The notes beneath the pieces are model-generated. The model was given only the letters and a program-made list of their open reading frames with translations. It ran no database searches and was not told the DNA's origin. Positions 38,295 to 48,778 of a stretch of DNA of 64,000 nucleotides are shown here, piece after piece. Each line of letters opens with the position of its first letter. The first letter of the stretch is position 1. Origin of the DNA: Candidatus Caldarchaeum sp. (GTDB taxonomy: Archaea; Thermoproteota; Nitrososphaeria_A; Caldarchaeales; Caldarchaeaceae); contig JAVZZH010000003.1 of the NCBI GenBank assembly GCA_038885755.1, forward strand, positions 96,001-160,000, written 5' to 3'. The translations under genes were made by a program, and so were the position numbers.

Positions 38295-39737
38295 ATGCCT
38301 AAACAATGGTCGATGACTGTGGAGGATGTTTTCAAGGCTGTCGAGAAGAACGACATCAAGTTCATAGACCTTCAGCTCACCGACCTGCTGGGCAAGCTGC
38401 ACCACATAACCATTTCAACACGCTACATGGATGAGAAGACTTTCACGGAGGGGGTTGCGAAGCTCGACGGCTCCTCAATCAGAGGGTTCGCCGAGATACA
38501 CGAATCGGACATGCTGCTCAAGCCAGACCCGTCGACGTTCGCCGTGATTCCATGGAGCCTAGACGGAAAGAGAACAGCCCGTATGCTGTGCGACGTTTAC
38601 AAGGGATACGGCGGCGGAAGGTTCAGCAGAGACCCGCGCTACGCAGCTCAGAAAGCCGAAGAATACCTCAAGACCCTCGGCTACGACACATCCTACTGGG
38701 GGCCCGAGATAGAGTTCTTCGTCTTCGACAGAGTCCAGTGGGATGCGACATCGCCCTACCAGGGAGTTAGCTACAAGATCGAATCACGGGAGGCTGCTTG
38801 GAACGGCGACGGAACATCCCTGCCCATCAGGTTCAAGGAAGGCTACTACCCTGCGCCGCCTCAGGACACGTTGATGGAGTACAGGAACGAGGTCTGCCGA
38901 GTTCTCACGGACTATTTTGGAGTGGAGATAGATGCTCACCATCACGAGGTTGCGACAGCTGGGCAGTGCGAGATAGACATGAGGTTCGACACACTGGTCA
39001 AGATGGCTGACAAGGCCCAGACCTACAAGTACGTCGTGAGAAACGTCGCAAGCCAGATGGGTATGGTGGCTACCTTCATGCCTAAGCCGATCTTCGGCGA
39101 CAACGCTTCAGGCATGCATGTACACGTAAGCCTGTGGAACAAAGGCGTCAACCTATTCTACGACGAGAACGACGAATACGCCGAGCTCAGCCAGACGGGT
39201 AGGTACTTTGTGGGAGGGCTGCTGGAGCACAGCAGGGCCCTTACAGCCATAACAAACCCGACAACAAACTCTTACAGAAGGCTCGTCCCCGGCTACGAGG
39301 CTCCCGTGTTCATAGCTTGGAGCAGGTCCAACAGGTCCGCCAACATAAGAGTGCCAGTCTACTACCGCGGCCGTGGAGGAAGCAAGAGCAAGCGTATTGA
39401 GTTCAGGACTCCAGACACCTCCTCAAACCCCTACCTTTGCTTCGCGGCTATAGCTGCTGCCGGGGCCGACGGAATCAAGAAGAAGATCGACCCCGGGGAT
39501 CCGGTCAACGAGGACATCTACAAGCTCAGTCCTGAGAGGCGTCGCCAGCTAGGCATACGAGAGCTTCCGGGGAACCTCAGGGAGGCTGTTGAGGAGCTGC
39601 TCAGCGACAACGAGTTCCTGAAACCCGTCATGTCCGATGACCTGCTGGAAGTGATGACCGAGCTACAGCTGAAATCCTTCATAGACGTCAGCACAAAGCC
39701 GCACCCCTACGAGTTCTACCTCTACTTCGACGTGTGA
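38295..39737 (+). CDS. glnA: Glutamine synthetase type I (start 38283 or 38295)
   Basis: [59 protein letters not shown]. Confidence 0.98.
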   Translation: MPKQWSMTVEDVFKAVEKNDIKFIDLQLTDLLGKLHHITISTRYMDEKTFTEGVAKLDGSSIRGFAEIHESDMLLKPDPSTFAVIPWSLDGKRTARMLCDVYKGYGGGRFSRDPRYAAQKAEEYLKTLGYDTSYWGPEIEFFVFDRVQWDATSPYQGVSYKIESREAAWNGDGTSLPIRFKEGYYPAPPQDTLMEYRNEVCRVLTDYFGVEIDAHHHEVATAGQCEIDMRFDTLVKMADKAQTYKYVVRNVASQMGMVATFMPKPIFGDNASGMHVHVSLWNKGVNLFYDENDEYAELSQTGRYFVGGLLEHSRALTAITNPTTNSYRRLVPGYEAPVFIAWSRSNRSANIRVPVYYRGRGGSKSKRIEFRTPDTSSNPYLCFAAIAAAGADGIKKKIDPGDPVNEDIYKLSPERRRQLGIRELPGNLREAVEELLSDNEFLKPVMSDDLLEVMTELQLKSFIDVSTKPHPYEFYLYFDV

Positions 39738-39743
39738 AGCCGT

Positions 39744-39998
39744 ATGGTAAAGGCCTACGTTCTGGTCTCGACGAAGCCAGGGACGTCTGAGGAGGTTACC
39801 AACTATCTCAAGGAAGCGCGAAACATCAAAGGCGTTGTCTCAGCCGACTCCGTCTTCGGAAGATACGACGCGATAATAACGGTTGAGGTCGACGGCTTGG
39901 CTGAGCTCTCGCAGCTCATATACAAAGTGATCGAGAAAGTCCCCAACGTCGTGCGGACTGAGACGTGTATCGTTTTGTTCAGCGAGTCGGGAAGATGA
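39744..39998 (+). CDS. Stand-alone Lrp/AsnC ligand-binding (RAM) domain protein
   Basis: AYVLV..PG, VFGRYDAI, VVRTET; no HTH. Confidence 0.88.
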   Translation: MVKAYVLVSTKPGTSEEVTNYLKEARNIKGVVSADSVFGRYDAIITVEVDGLAELSQLIYKVIEKVPNVVRTETCIVLFSESGR

Positions 39999-40361
39999 AT
40001 GACCAAGATAATGGCTTACGTGCTTGTTAAGACAGAGCCCGGAACCTCTCATGAGATAGTGGCTTCCCGCAGCCTACCCGGAGTCAAAATGGCTCACAGC
40101 GTTTTCGGACGATACGACGCCGTCCTCGTCGTGTCCGCCGACAACCTTTCAGACCTTTCGAACAAGGTTTACGAGGCTGTGGGCAAGCATCCCCGCGTGG
40201 TCAAGGTGGAGACGCTTGTATGCATGCCTACCGTCGTCGAAGAGCCTCCCAAAAAACGGGAGGAGCTTCGCCTCGTCACCTCCTTCCACTGCCCCAGCTG
40301 CCGGTCTTTGAACGAGGTCGGGTCGAAGGTCTGCTTTTTCTGCGGCTACAGTTTTGCTTGA
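39999..40361 (+). CDS. Lrp/AsnC RAM domain with a C-terminal zinc ribbon
   Basis: AYVLV..PG, VFGRYDAV, VETL, then CPSC-x10-CFFC. Confidence 0.85.
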   Translation: MTKIMAYVLVKTEPGTSHEIVASRSLPGVKMAHSVFGRYDAVLVVSADNLSDLSNKVYEAVGKHPRVVKVETLVCMPTVVEEPPKKREELRLVTSFHCPSCRSLNEVGSKVCFFCGYSFA

Positions 40362-40405
40362 CACATGTTTATATTAACGTCTGTCGGGGTTTATTGGAGG
40401 AGTGC

Positions 40406-40636
40406 ATGCCCATAGCTTTTCTCCTACTCAACGTTAAGCTCGGACACGAAGAGGATGTAATAAACTCCCTCAAGTCTGTCAAGGAGGTGAAGTATGCTCA
40501 GCGTGTTTACGGTGTTTACGACACGGTTGTGAAGGTGGAGGCTGATTCGATGGACGCCCTCAAGCAGGTTGTCAACATGAAGATTAAGAAGATCGAGAAC
40601 ATCACGTCGGTTGTTTCGTTGATCGTTATGGGTTGA
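40406..40636 (+). CDS. Third stand-alone Lrp/AsnC RAM domain protein
   Basis: MPIAFLLLN, VYGVYDTVVKV; own TATA-like element near 40368. Confidence 0.85.
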   Translation: MPIAFLLLNVKLGHEEDVINSLKSVKEVKYAQRVYGVYDTVVKVEADSMDALKQVVNMKIKKIENITSVVSLIVMG

Positions 40637-40677
40637 CGGAAGTGGGTTCGCCAGCCCTCTCAGAAGGGTAGTGAAGT

Positions 40678-42258
40678 ATGTCTGCTGTACGGAGGTTTGC
40701 GATACCGAGGGGGGAGGTAAACAACATAGAGTTCAAGGAGCGTCTAGTCCCAGAGCTGCATCTGAGGGTTGAGAAGAGACAGAAGCTCGCCAGCCAGATG
40801 AAGCATCGCCTTGAGCTAGGCGACGGGACTGCGGTCTACATCCTCGGAGTGAGGAACGACGGCAGCTCGGCCGGGGTGTCGGAGATCGAGATGGAGGAAA
40901 GCCTCGGGGTGCTGAAGCAGATTGCGGCCGACTGCGGCGCCTCGGTCGTAAAGGTTGAGAGGTTTAGCGAAAACGGCGGCGTTATCGCTAAGGTGGTTTT
41001 GTCGTCCTCTGCCGAGCCCAGCAAGAACCATGTAGTGGTTTCGGTGGCGGGGCATGTGAACCACGGCAAATCCACTTTCCTAGCCTGCCTCATAACCGGT
41101 GAGAGGGACGACGGGAAGAAATGGCTGTATCTCGACACGCTGCCCCACGAGGTGGAGAGGAACTTGTCGGCAGACCTTCACTTCGCCGTCTTAGGGTTCA
41201 GGGGGAATCAGCCGCAGTTTTTGAAGAACCCGCTGGACCGGAACGAGAGGATCAGGGTCATCAGGGAGTCTGAGAGGATTGTCAGCTTCGTCGACACGGT
41301 GGGTCATGAGCCTTGGCTGCGGACGACGATAAGGGGGCTGCTGGGTCAGGAGATTGATTATGGTTTTTTGGTCGTTTCCGCGGACGACGGCCCGACACAC
41401 ATCACCAAGGAGCATCTCGGGATTATGCTGGCGATGGAGCTGCCTGTGGTTGTTTGCATAACCAAGACCGACAAAGTGAAGGCGGAGAGGGTTAAGGCTG
41501 TCGAGGAGGAGATAAGCGCCCTTCTCAAGCGAGTGGGCCGTGTACCGATATCCGTCAAGTCTGAGGACGACGTCAACCTCGTAGCCGACAAGCTTTCCGT
41601 GGTGGTTCCCGTGCTCAAGACTTCGGCGGTTTCGAGGGAGGGCTACGACTTGGTTTACTCGCTCCTCCGCTCCCTCCCCGTAAGGCCCAGAAGCCACGAC
41701 CAGCCTTTCCTGCTGTACGTCGACAGAGTATACAACGTTGAGGGTGTTGGCGCTGTGGTGTCGGGCTCAGTCAAGCAGGGCAGGCTGAAGGCCGGTTCAG
41801 AGCTGTTGGTCGGGCCTACCGTTAAAGGCGAGTATGTGAAGGTTAGGGCTAGGAGCATAGAGATGCATTACACAAGGCTGACGGAGGCTCAGCCGGGATG
41901 CATCGTCGGCATAGCGGTTAAAGGTGTTCGAGAGGACTTGATAAGACGTGGAATGATTCTCTGCGACCCGTCGCTGGAGCCGGCCAGCGTCTGGAGCTTC
42001 GAGGCCGACGTCACTGTTCTGTCGCATCCTACGAGGATTGGAGACGGGTACGAGCCGATAATCCACGCCCACACGATAGCCTCGACGGCCCGCCTCAAGA
42101 TGCTCGATAGACCATACCTCAAAGCCGGAGAATCGGGCAGGGTCGAGGTTAGATTCAAGTACAGGCCTTTCTTCATCCAGCAAGGCGACAGGTTTGTTTT
42201 CCGCGAGGGGAAAACTAAGGGGATTGGAGAGGTCGTTAAGCTGGTTGACGTTAACTAG
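40678..42258 (+). CDS. Archaeal GTPBP1-family translational GTPase
   Basis: NIEFKE N-domain, GHVNHGKST, DTVGHEPWLRTT, TKTD, EF-Tu-like domains II/III, FREGKTKG. Confidence 0.92.
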   Translation: MSAVRRFAIPRGEVNNIEFKERLVPELHLRVEKRQKLASQMKHRLELGDGTAVYILGVRNDGSSAGVSEIEMEESLGVLKQIAADCGASVVKVERFSENGGVIAKVVLSSSAEPSKNHVVVSVAGHVNHGKSTFLACLITGERDDGKKWLYLDTLPHEVERNLSADLHFAVLGFRGNQPQFLKNPLDRNERIRVIRESERIVSFVDTVGHEPWLRTTIRGLLGQEIDYGFLVVSADDGPTHITKEHLGIMLAMELPVVVCITKTDKVKAERVKAVEEEISALLKRVGRVPISVKSEDDVNLVADKLSVVVPVLKTSAVSREGYDLVYSLLRSLPVRPRSHDQPFLLYVDRVYNVEGVGAVVSGSVKQGRLKAGSELLVGPTVKGEYVKVRARSIEMHYTRLTEAQPGCIVGIAVKGVREDLIRRGMILCDPSLEPASVWSFEADVTVLSHPTRIGDGYEPIIHAHTIASTARLKMLDRPYLKAGESGRVEVRFKYRPFFIQQGDRFVFREGKTKGIGEVVKLVDVN

Positions 42259-42613
42259 CTCCTAGCTTTACCTTCAAAAAATCGGGTATGGCTCCACGTT
42301 TGGCTAGCTCGAGAGCTTGGTTGTGTGTGAACCTCCACCACACATCACCACGGCTCTCCTTCTGAAAATCCCATGGAGAGACAAGGACGAGGTCTCCTTC
42401 TTTAATCCATATACGTCGTTTCAACTGCCCCCTGATCCTACAGATCCGCTGCTTACCGTCGGCGCAGTCCACCAACAACCTGTCATAGCCATACATCTTG
42501 CTCACCACGCCGTAGACATCGCCCGGCCCCGGCTCAACCATCTTGTCAAGCTCATCCGGCTCCGAGACTATCTTCCGCTTACCCATCGAGTTGACACCGG
42601 AGATCAACACCAT
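42251..42613 (-). CDS. eif1a: Translation initiation factor aIF-1A (start probably 42586)
   Basis: C.DGK.R.CRIRG..KRRIWI..GD.VLV.PWDFQ..RGD. Confidence 0.95.
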   Translation of the reverse strand: MVLISGVNSMGKRKIVSEPDELDKMVEPGPGDVYGVVSKMYGYDRLLVDCADGKQRICRIRGQLKRRIWIKEGDLVLVSPWDFQKESRGDVWWRFTHNQALELAKRGAIPDFLKVKLGAS

Positions 42614-42729
42614 TCAGCGGTATTTAGGCTAATAATTCCTGAAGGCTGGTTGGGCGGGATGGCGAGGGTCTACGCCGCCTCCCGTCAAGTTTAAAACAAC
42701 CCTCAACCTCTCAGCAAGCTTACAGGCCG

Positions 42730-42882
42730 CTACCGTCGGTCTCCATGTCTACGTCCGGCACCAGCGCTGAGCCTGTCTTTCAGCAGGCTGAAGGGCTTCT
42801 CGTCGCGAGTAGACCAGCGGGGTTGGCCGGAGGCTCCGCTCGTGATTTTTCTCGCCCTGTTAACCTCGTCTAGCGTAATCAT
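42730..42882 (-). pseudogene. N-terminal relic of a threonine/serine dehydratase-like PLP enzyme
   Basis: ATGA-coupled to the MFS stop. MITLDEVNRARKI, then after a frameshift LRPTPLVYSRR; remainder missing. Confidence 0.55.
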
Positions 42883-44030
42883 GTATTCGCCGCTGACTTG
42901 TGGCGCCTCACCGCTTTGAAGAAAACCAGAAGGGCTACTGCCTGTACGGCCACTGCGTAAGCCAGCATGAATGAGACAGGCGTGTTCGTCTCTATCAGCG
43001 AGCCGTATGCTAGGCCTGCGGCTGCGCTGCCGAGACCTATTCCAAGCCCGTAAATGGCGTAGGCGTTTCCCAGCCCATCCTTTTCAGACAGCTGCGCGAC
43101 AACCGCCCTGAACACAGACTCCTGAGCGCCGACGACCACGCCTACGAGCAGAGCGCAGACCATAAGCAGCGACACCGGCGAATAGATAAACAAAGGCGGC
43201 AGAACAGCGATGAGGAAAGCTGAGACAACCACCTTGACTCCATACTTGTCGAAGGACCTTCCCAGAACGAGGCCTGCCGCGGCGTCCACTATCATCGCAA
43301 CGGTGTAGGCCGCTGGCACAAGCCATGAGGACGAGCCTGATGTGTAAGAGACCATGTAGAGAACTAGGGGCAGGGGCAGCAGGCCTGCGCAGTTCAACGC
43401 AACCGCCGCCGAATAGAGCAACACGGGCTTCGACGGTCTTAGTTTTGAAGCTTCTCTAGCTGGCTCGCTGTAGCTGGGGAGGATAGCCAAGGCTGCCACT
43501 AGGATTGCGTATGGTATTGCTAGGGATATGAAGACGAGGGGTGTCGAGGCGAAGAGCGTCAAAACAACTATGGCTAGCAGCGGCCCGGCGGTGGCGCCGA
43601 CTTGGTCCATCAACTCGTGTATGCCGAAAGCCGTGCCCAGACCCACTTCTCCCCTCATCCTAACGAGCATAGCGTCTCTGGGAGGCACTCGGAGACCCCT
43701 AAACACTCTTTCGGCGAAGGCGAACAGCACAACCATGAACCATACGGGGATGAACCCCATCAACGGAATGACGAACAACCCTCCGTACCCCGCCTTCACG
43801 AGCGTCGAGTATTTTCCAGTCCTGTCAGCTATCAGGCCTCCGAGGGGTCTCGCAGCCCATCCCGCAAATTCAGCCAAGCCTAGAGAAGCTCCGACGATGA
43901 ACGCATTCATGCCGAGCTGCCGCATGTAGTCGGGCAGGACAGCCCTACCGCCCTCGTAGACAAAATCCCCGAGAAGGCTAACTAAACCTATCAACAGCAC
44001 AGCCCGCAGGCCTGAAGCCGTCTTAACCAT
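42879..44030 (-). CDS. MFS transporter
   Basis: About 12 TM, GGLIADRTG, RGLRVPPRD, AFGIHELMDQ.GA. Confidence 0.9.
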   Translation of the reverse strand: MVKTASGLRAVLLIGLVSLLGDFVYEGGRAVLPDYMRQLGMNAFIVGASLGLAEFAGWAARPLGGLIADRTGKYSTLVKAGYGGLFVIPLMGFIPVWFMVVLFAFAERVFRGLRVPPRDAMLVRMRGEVGLGTAFGIHELMDQVGATAGPLLAIVVLTLFASTPLVFISLAIPYAILVAALAILPSYSEPAREASKLRPSKPVLLYSAAVALNCAGLLPLPLVLYMVSYTSGSSSWLVPAAYTVAMIVDAAAGLVLGRSFDKYGVKVVVSAFLIAVLPPLFIYSPVSLLMVCALLVGVVVGAQESVFRAVVAQLSEKDGLGNAYAIYGLGIGLGSAAAGLAYGSLIETNTPVSFMLAYAVAVQAVALLVFFKAVRRHKSAANT

Positions 44031-44031
44031 T

Positions 44032-44820
44032 CTAGCTCTTCAACCTATGAAGTGTCCTAATAAGTTCTATCACCTCTTCGAGCTCATTTTCAGACAGCTT
44101 CTCAACCATGTCCAGTTTCTTCTTGATGACTTTCTTGACCTCCTCTGATGTTGATGAGCCTGTGTTGCCGGGCGTCGTGAGTATAGCTGAGGCGAGGGTC
44201 GAGATGAAGACGCCGACAATCGCGATTCCCGTGATCATCAACACGGAGCCAACAACCCTTCCCGCGGCGCTCACAGGCACAACGTCTCCGTAACCGACAG
44301 TGGTGACGGTGGCTAGGGCCCACCAGAAAGCATCGCTCCAATCCCTGATCCTAGATTCGGGAAGGTCTGACTCCAGCAGGTAGGCCGCCGAAGTCCCGAT
44401 GAAGACAACAGCAGCAGCGAAAGAAGTCAGGTAAAGCAGGCTGCTTCGTCTCAGTATGTCGGAGTACCGTTTGAGAGTTCTTCCCGTCCTGATGACGACG
44501 AGGCCGAACCTGACTATCCTGAACAGCCGGAAGCTTCTCATCACGGCTCCGATGACTGTCTGGGTCTCGAGGGCGTAGAACAACGCCAGCGGGAGAAGAG
44601 CCAGAACCTCGTACCAGTTTTTGGCAAGGTATCTGGAAAGGCTCCCCGAAGCCCTTGCCCGTGAATAAAGGTCTGCGGCAAGAACCAACACTATCAGCCC
44701 GTCCGCAGCCATCAAACTCAGACCTTGTTCGAAAGTCAACTCCATCAAGTAGTCGAGTATTATCAGAACTATCGAGACGACGCTTAGAGAGCTGATCACT
44801 ATTTCCTTCGAGGAGACCAT
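44032..44820 (-). CDS. Voltage-gated-type potassium channel
   Basis: S4-like [10 protein letters not shown]; [15 protein letters not shown] selectivity filter. Confidence 0.93.
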   Translation of the reverse strand: MVSSKEIVISSLSVVSIVLIILDYLMELTFEQGLSLMAADGLIVLVLAADLYSRARASGSLSRYLAKNWYEVLALLPLALFYALETQTVIGAVMRSFRLFRIVRFGLVVIRTGRTLKRYSDILRRSSLLYLTSFAAAVVFIGTSAAYLLESDLPESRIRDWSDAFWWALATVTTVGYGDVVPVSAAGRVVGSVLMITGIAIVGVFISTLASAILTTPGNTGSSTSEEVKKVIKKKLDMVEKLSENELEEVIELIRTLHRLKS

Positions 44821-44834
44821 GTTCTCGAGGGTTG

Positions 44835-45872
44835 CTACTTTGCGTAAAAAGTTTTTTTAACGATGACGCTGCCGGGGCCCGTCGCTATGAAGCAAGCCAC
44901 GGCGACCACCGTCAACAAGCCTGAAAGACTCCACAGGCCGAGCTGGACTGTGTAGGCCGACGCAACCCGGGCGATGGTTGAAAGCTGGAGTAGTGTGAAA
45001 GGAATGTAGAGGATTGGGGTGTAGAAATGGCTTATCTTCATGATGGCTGGGAAGATGATGGGGGCGTGGGCGAAGACCATAGAGCCTACGAAGCCTAGGA
45101 ATATCGAGTGAAGCATGGCGTCGGTCGAGGAGGACGTGGCCCAGATCAAAGCCGCTACGGCGAGCCAAGCGTAGGCGACGGTAAGGCCTAGGGCCAAGTA
45201 TCTGCCAAACCCCCTCCGCCCGAGGAACTTTAGAGCGACGTCATGTTTCACCGCTGTGATGAGCAGCGTCGTGAAGGCTGCTGCGAAGAAAAGCTTCTCA
45301 GCAAGGGCAAGGCCCATGAACAGAAGGGGTATGCTGAGCGAGGCTATGAGGTAGGTATAACGGCTTGCCTTAGCTATCTTCAGCATGTCCATCCTCTCGC
45401 CTAATATGAAGGTTATGAAGAACCCTGCCCATGCAAAGACGTAGTAGGTAGTGGGATAGTCGAGGATGAAGAACGTGTTCCCGGTCAGCAGGAGGATGCT
45501 GGCCGCTGCGAAGAATAGGTTGGAGAAGTTTTTACGGAATTTGATCACCATCCACAGGGCCCACAGAGCGAATGACAACCCTCCTCCAAGCCATAGGACT
45601 GCTGTGAGGAAATCTGATGAAAAAACCAGCAATAGACCGCCGCAGCTGAAGAAACCGCTCGCCACTTGCATGAACACGTTGTTCAAGGCTATGGCTCGTT
45701 CAGCGGCTATGAGGGCTGCGAGAAAACCCACAACCAGCAGAGGGCCGTGGTAGAGAACTATCTGCTGGGAGGGTGGTTGGATAACTCCCATCCTTGAAAG
45801 GCCGCCGGCCAAGCTTAAAGCGAGGCAGATGAATGAGGGAGGAAGCAGAAGCCTTCCATGGCGGCTGTTCAT
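44835..45872 (-). CDS. Polytopic membrane protein, NnrS-like
   Basis: [40 protein letters not shown]. Confidence 0.65.
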   Translation of the reverse strand: MNSRHGRLLLPPSFICLALSLAGGLSRMGVIQPPSQQIVLYHGPLLVVGFLAALIAAERAIALNNVFMQVASGFFSCGGLLLVFSSDFLTAVLWLGGGLSFALWALWMVIKFRKNFSNLFFAAASILLLTGNTFFILDYPTTYYVFAWAGFFITFILGERMDMLKIAKASRYTYLIASLSIPLLFMGLALAEKLFFAAAFTTLLITAVKHDVALKFLGRRGFGRYLALGLTVAYAWLAVAALIWATSSSTDAMLHSIFLGFVGSMVFAHAPIIFPAIMKISHFYTPILYIPFTLLQLSTIARVASAYTVQLGLWSLSGLLTVVAVACFIATGPGSVIVKKTFYAK

Positions 45873-45889
45873 TCTTACACGGAATAAGC

Positions 45890-46918
45890 TTAAAGCTTCT
45901 TAAGAAGGTTCTCTAAATCCTGAACCTCTCTAGCAACCCGCTTCTTCGAAAGCCTGTTCAGATGGTTTTCTATGGCCGTCTTTGACTTCTCAAGCAAGTC
46001 TTCCGCCGAGTCGGAGCTGATGACCTCTAGGTTGAAGGTTTTAGCCAGCTTGAGAAGCCTTTCATCAACTTGGCTGGTCGCCAGCAGAAGCGTGGCTCCT
46101 GCTTTCACGTCAAAGCTTTTGGTGAAAGACTCGTAGATTTTAGACTCGTTCGCCTCGGAGACTATGTCGGCGACAACGCCTGTGGACGGGTCTTCCTTGA
46201 ACTTGTTGACGTACAGCGTGAATTCGTGTAGTATTCCAGACAACCCGGCTAGAGTTGCTGGGCTGGCTATGTAAATTTGCTTGGAGGCGAAGTAGCTGAT
46301 CAGAGGCGAGAGGTCGATGTAGGCTCCGTAAAACTTAGACAGATTGTCGGGCAGAACAACATACCTGTAGATTCCCGTTAACGTCAGCTCCTCTTCGGCG
46401 CTGGCTCGGAAACACTTGTTGCAAACATACCTCTTGACAGTTATACCCGAAACACGTCCACACGCCAAACATTTGTAGAAAACACCTGCACGTCTGTAGT
46501 CCACGCCCAGTGCTTGAAGCTGTTTCTTGCATTTAGGACATTCAAAGGCTTTTTTGTAGAACTCTTGCTCAAAGTCGACGTGGCCGCATACGAGGTGTTC
46601 GACCACGTTGCCCCTCAGAAGCCTTCCTGAACCACACGTCGGGCATGCAGGCTTCAGCGAAAGGTAGATGTTGTTGCAGTCGGGGCAGGACATCACAGAC
46701 TCGATGAGTATCTTGTCAAAAACCCCCTTCTCATGAAGTTGCTCCAGTATTTGGACGGCTTTTGAGCTGTCCACGTTAAGCTTCTTCTCGATGAGGATGT
46801 ATCTGTAGCCTGTCTCGTCCAGCGTGGGCTCGATGCTCTCGATCTTGGAGTCGATTAAAAGCTTCGCGACTTGGCTCAACCACGACCCGTCAACCACCAC
46901 TCTTGTCTCATAACTCAT
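45890..46918 (-). CDS. TackOD1-like multi-zinc-ribbon protein with a C-terminal restriction-endonuclease-like domain
   Basis: CPDC, CPTC, EHLVCGH, CPKC..L..LGVDY, CLAC, CNKC; then GLSGILHEF. Confidence 0.72.
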   Translation of the reverse strand: MSYETRVVVDGSWLSQVAKLLIDSKIESIEPTLDETGYRYILIEKKLNVDSSKAVQILEQLHEKGVFDKILIESVMSCPDCNNIYLSLKPACPTCGSGRLLRGNVVEHLVCGHVDFEQEFYKKAFECPKCKKQLQALGVDYRRAGVFYKCLACGRVSGITVKRYVCNKCFRASAEEELTLTGIYRYVVLPDNLSKFYGAYIDLSPLISYFASKQIYIASPATLAGLSGILHEFTLYVNKFKEDPSTGVVADIVSEANESKIYESFTKSFDVKAGATLLLATSQVDERLLKLAKTFNLEVISSDSAEDLLEKSKTAIENHLNRLSKKRVAREVQDLENLLKKL

Positions 46919-47540
46919 CTACTAGCCGCTCCTTCAGACTCCTCAGTTTCCTATGCAGTAGATCCTTTAGTAGTTTTCTCGAAAGGTCGTCTATTCCATG
47001 ACCAAGCTTGGCGGAGGTTTCGAAGTAAGCTGTGTTCGTCTCTTCGCTTATCTTGGCGGCCTCTTGGTAGGCGACTTGCCTGCTAGACTCGTCGAGTTTA
47101 TTACCGATTATGTAAACTAAAGCATCAGAGCCCGCCTCACGAACCCTTCTAATGTAGTGGACACTCTTGATGAAGGTGATGCGGCGCGTGAGGTCGAAGA
47201 CGACGAGAGCAGCGTCAAAACCCCCCTCACCATCCACAAACCCCTTGGCAAGCTCCTTAAACCCGAGGTTGATTTCAAACCCGTCAAGCCTCACACTCTT
47301 CGCCAACTCCTGCGACGAACTCGGTCGTTCGCTTGCCCCAGCCAGTCTATTTATCAGAGTCGTCTTGCCGACTTCATCCTCCCCGACCACGATAACCGTG
47401 AAGCTGTAAACATACTTGGCTTGTACGGGCCGTTCCAAACCTGCGGGAGTAAGCGGCTCCCCGCAGCGCATGCAGTACTTTCCTGAAATCGTTCGAGAGC
47501 CGCATTTGCTGCAGACCACCCAAGACCATGCAGAGCTCAT
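46908..47540 (-). CDS. Zinc-ribbon-fused Ras/Rab-like small GTPase
   Basis: CSKC..CMRC, GEDEVGKTT (G1), VFDLT, GNKLD (G4), ETSAK (G5); G3 DxxG not recognisable. Confidence 0.82.
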   Translation of the reverse strand: MSSAWSWVVCSKCGSRTISGKYCMRCGEPLTPAGLERPVQAKYVYSFTVIVVGEDEVGKTTLINRLAGASERPSSSQELAKSVRLDGFEINLGFKELAKGFVDGEGGFDAALVVFDLTRRITFIKSVHYIRRVREAGSDALVYIIGNKLDESSRQVAYQEAAKISEETNTAYFETSAKLGHGIDDLSRKLLKDLLHRKLRSLKERLVDEL

Positions 47541-47622
47541 GTCCTCCTGAACTCTGCATTACCCCCTCTTTGATGCATAAAAATATATAGGTGCCCGGAT
47601 TTCACCGGGTTCGTCGGCTCTT

Positions 47623-47913
47623 CTACTTCTTCGCTGTCTTAGGCTGCGACAAGATTATCTCTATGGTGCTGACGTTCCGCTGTCTGCCGTCGTTCCCCAC
47701 TCTCCCCTCCTCTGTTCCTATGTTGACCTTCTCGACGACTGCGTTCTGGACAAACCGTCTACGCACGACCTCGACGACGTCAACCGCCTTGGCTATGGCT
47801 CGTCCACGGGCTTTCAGCACTACTCGTTTGCCTTCAGCGAGAGGTAGAGTGGTGGCCAGCACGTAGTTCATCGTTGGTTTCTTTCCTATCAGGACAACGG
47901 AGTCTTCGACCAT
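47623..47913 (-). CDS. albA: DNA/RNA-binding protein Alba
   Basis: IGKKP.MNYVLA, KARGRAI.KAVDV, VSTIEI. Confidence 0.97.
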   Translation of the reverse strand: MVEDSVVLIGKKPTMNYVLATTLPLAEGKRVVLKARGRAIAKAVDVVEVVRRRFVQNAVVEKVNIGTEEGRVGNDGRQRNVSTIEIILSQPKTAKK

Positions 47914-47962
47914 TCGTGTCGCCTCTGGCGCTTTATAGCTATGATATGCGTCGATAAAAATG

Positions 47963-48721
47963 TTAACGCAGGCCGGTTAACAGGCTTTGAACAAGCTGCG
48001 ACGAGGGCCGTGGCTCAGCGTCGTTTAAAACTTTTAACACGGTCTCGCCGTTCACCCGGATCGCTGGCTCTCGAAGGCTCTCGGCATGGTCTTGGCCGAG
48101 CAGGGAGACTACCGGGAACGGCTCGCCGCCGGGCTGGAGCCTGTAAGCAACATCTCTCTGGACGTGGGCGGTGAGCGGCTTGGATGATGAGGGTGGTTTG
48201 AACGAGTATAAATATGAGAGGCTTGTCCGGCCCCAGCTTACGGTTATCGAGACAGCTGAGTTGGGCCTTGCCTCGACCTTAACGAATCCGGAGGCCTTTT
48301 TTTCATCGACGCTGACGTGCTGATACAGCTTCAGGCCTTCCCATTCGACGGGGTTGCAGTCGATGGTTTCGTCGCTGTGTGCTGTGGGTTGTTTGTGGCT
48401 GAAGGTTATTTCGTTGTATGCAACGGCTTCCTCGAGAAGCGGAGTAGCCCTCGTCACGTGGAGAGTCGGGGTTTTGAATAACTGCCCGCCGAACGTGCAA
48501 GCGGTTATCTCGGCCTCTGAGTGGCGGCGCGGCTCAACTCCCAGCTCCGATATGAAGAACTCGGGGAGGAGGGCGAAGGGGAATAAGCCGAGACGTCTCC
48601 TAGGACAGACTAGCATGACGCGATAACCTTCCCTAGCAAGCCTCACCGCCTTGGCGACAGCGAATACCGACCCTCCAAGAACCAGCAAGAACTCGGCGGA
48701 AACACTTGACCGCATCGGCAT
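47963..48721 (-). CDS. Hypothetical protein with a degenerate FAD-binding (Rossmann-like) N-terminus
   Basis: LVLGGSVFAV..A..LAREGYRVMLV; remainder unrecognised. Confidence 0.45.
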   Translation of the reverse strand: MPMRSSVSAEFLLVLGGSVFAVAKAVRLAREGYRVMLVCPRRRLGLFPFALLPEFFISELGVEPRRHSEAEITACTFGGQLFKTPTLHVTRATPLLEEAVAYNEITFSHKQPTAHSDETIDCNPVEWEGLKLYQHVSVDEKKASGFVKVEARPNSAVSITVSWGRTSLSYLYSFKPPSSSKPLTAHVQRDVAYRLQPGGEPFPVVSLLGQDHAESLREPAIRVNGETVLKVLNDAEPRPSSQLVQSLLTGLR

Positions 48722-48778
48722 AAAAGGTTGACGTAGGCCGTGTCATGTTTTTTAACATCTCCATCCAGCCTATTCACC

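Noticed and set aside
40678-41000. AlbA/Schlafen-like NIEFKE domain on the GTPase as a novel fusion
   Set aside because: This N-terminal domain is normal for GTPBP1-family proteins
42650-42689. GC-rich hairpin upstream of aIF-1A as an ncRNA
   Set aside because: A single imperfect stem without a recognisable K-turn/ACA, SRP or RNase P signature
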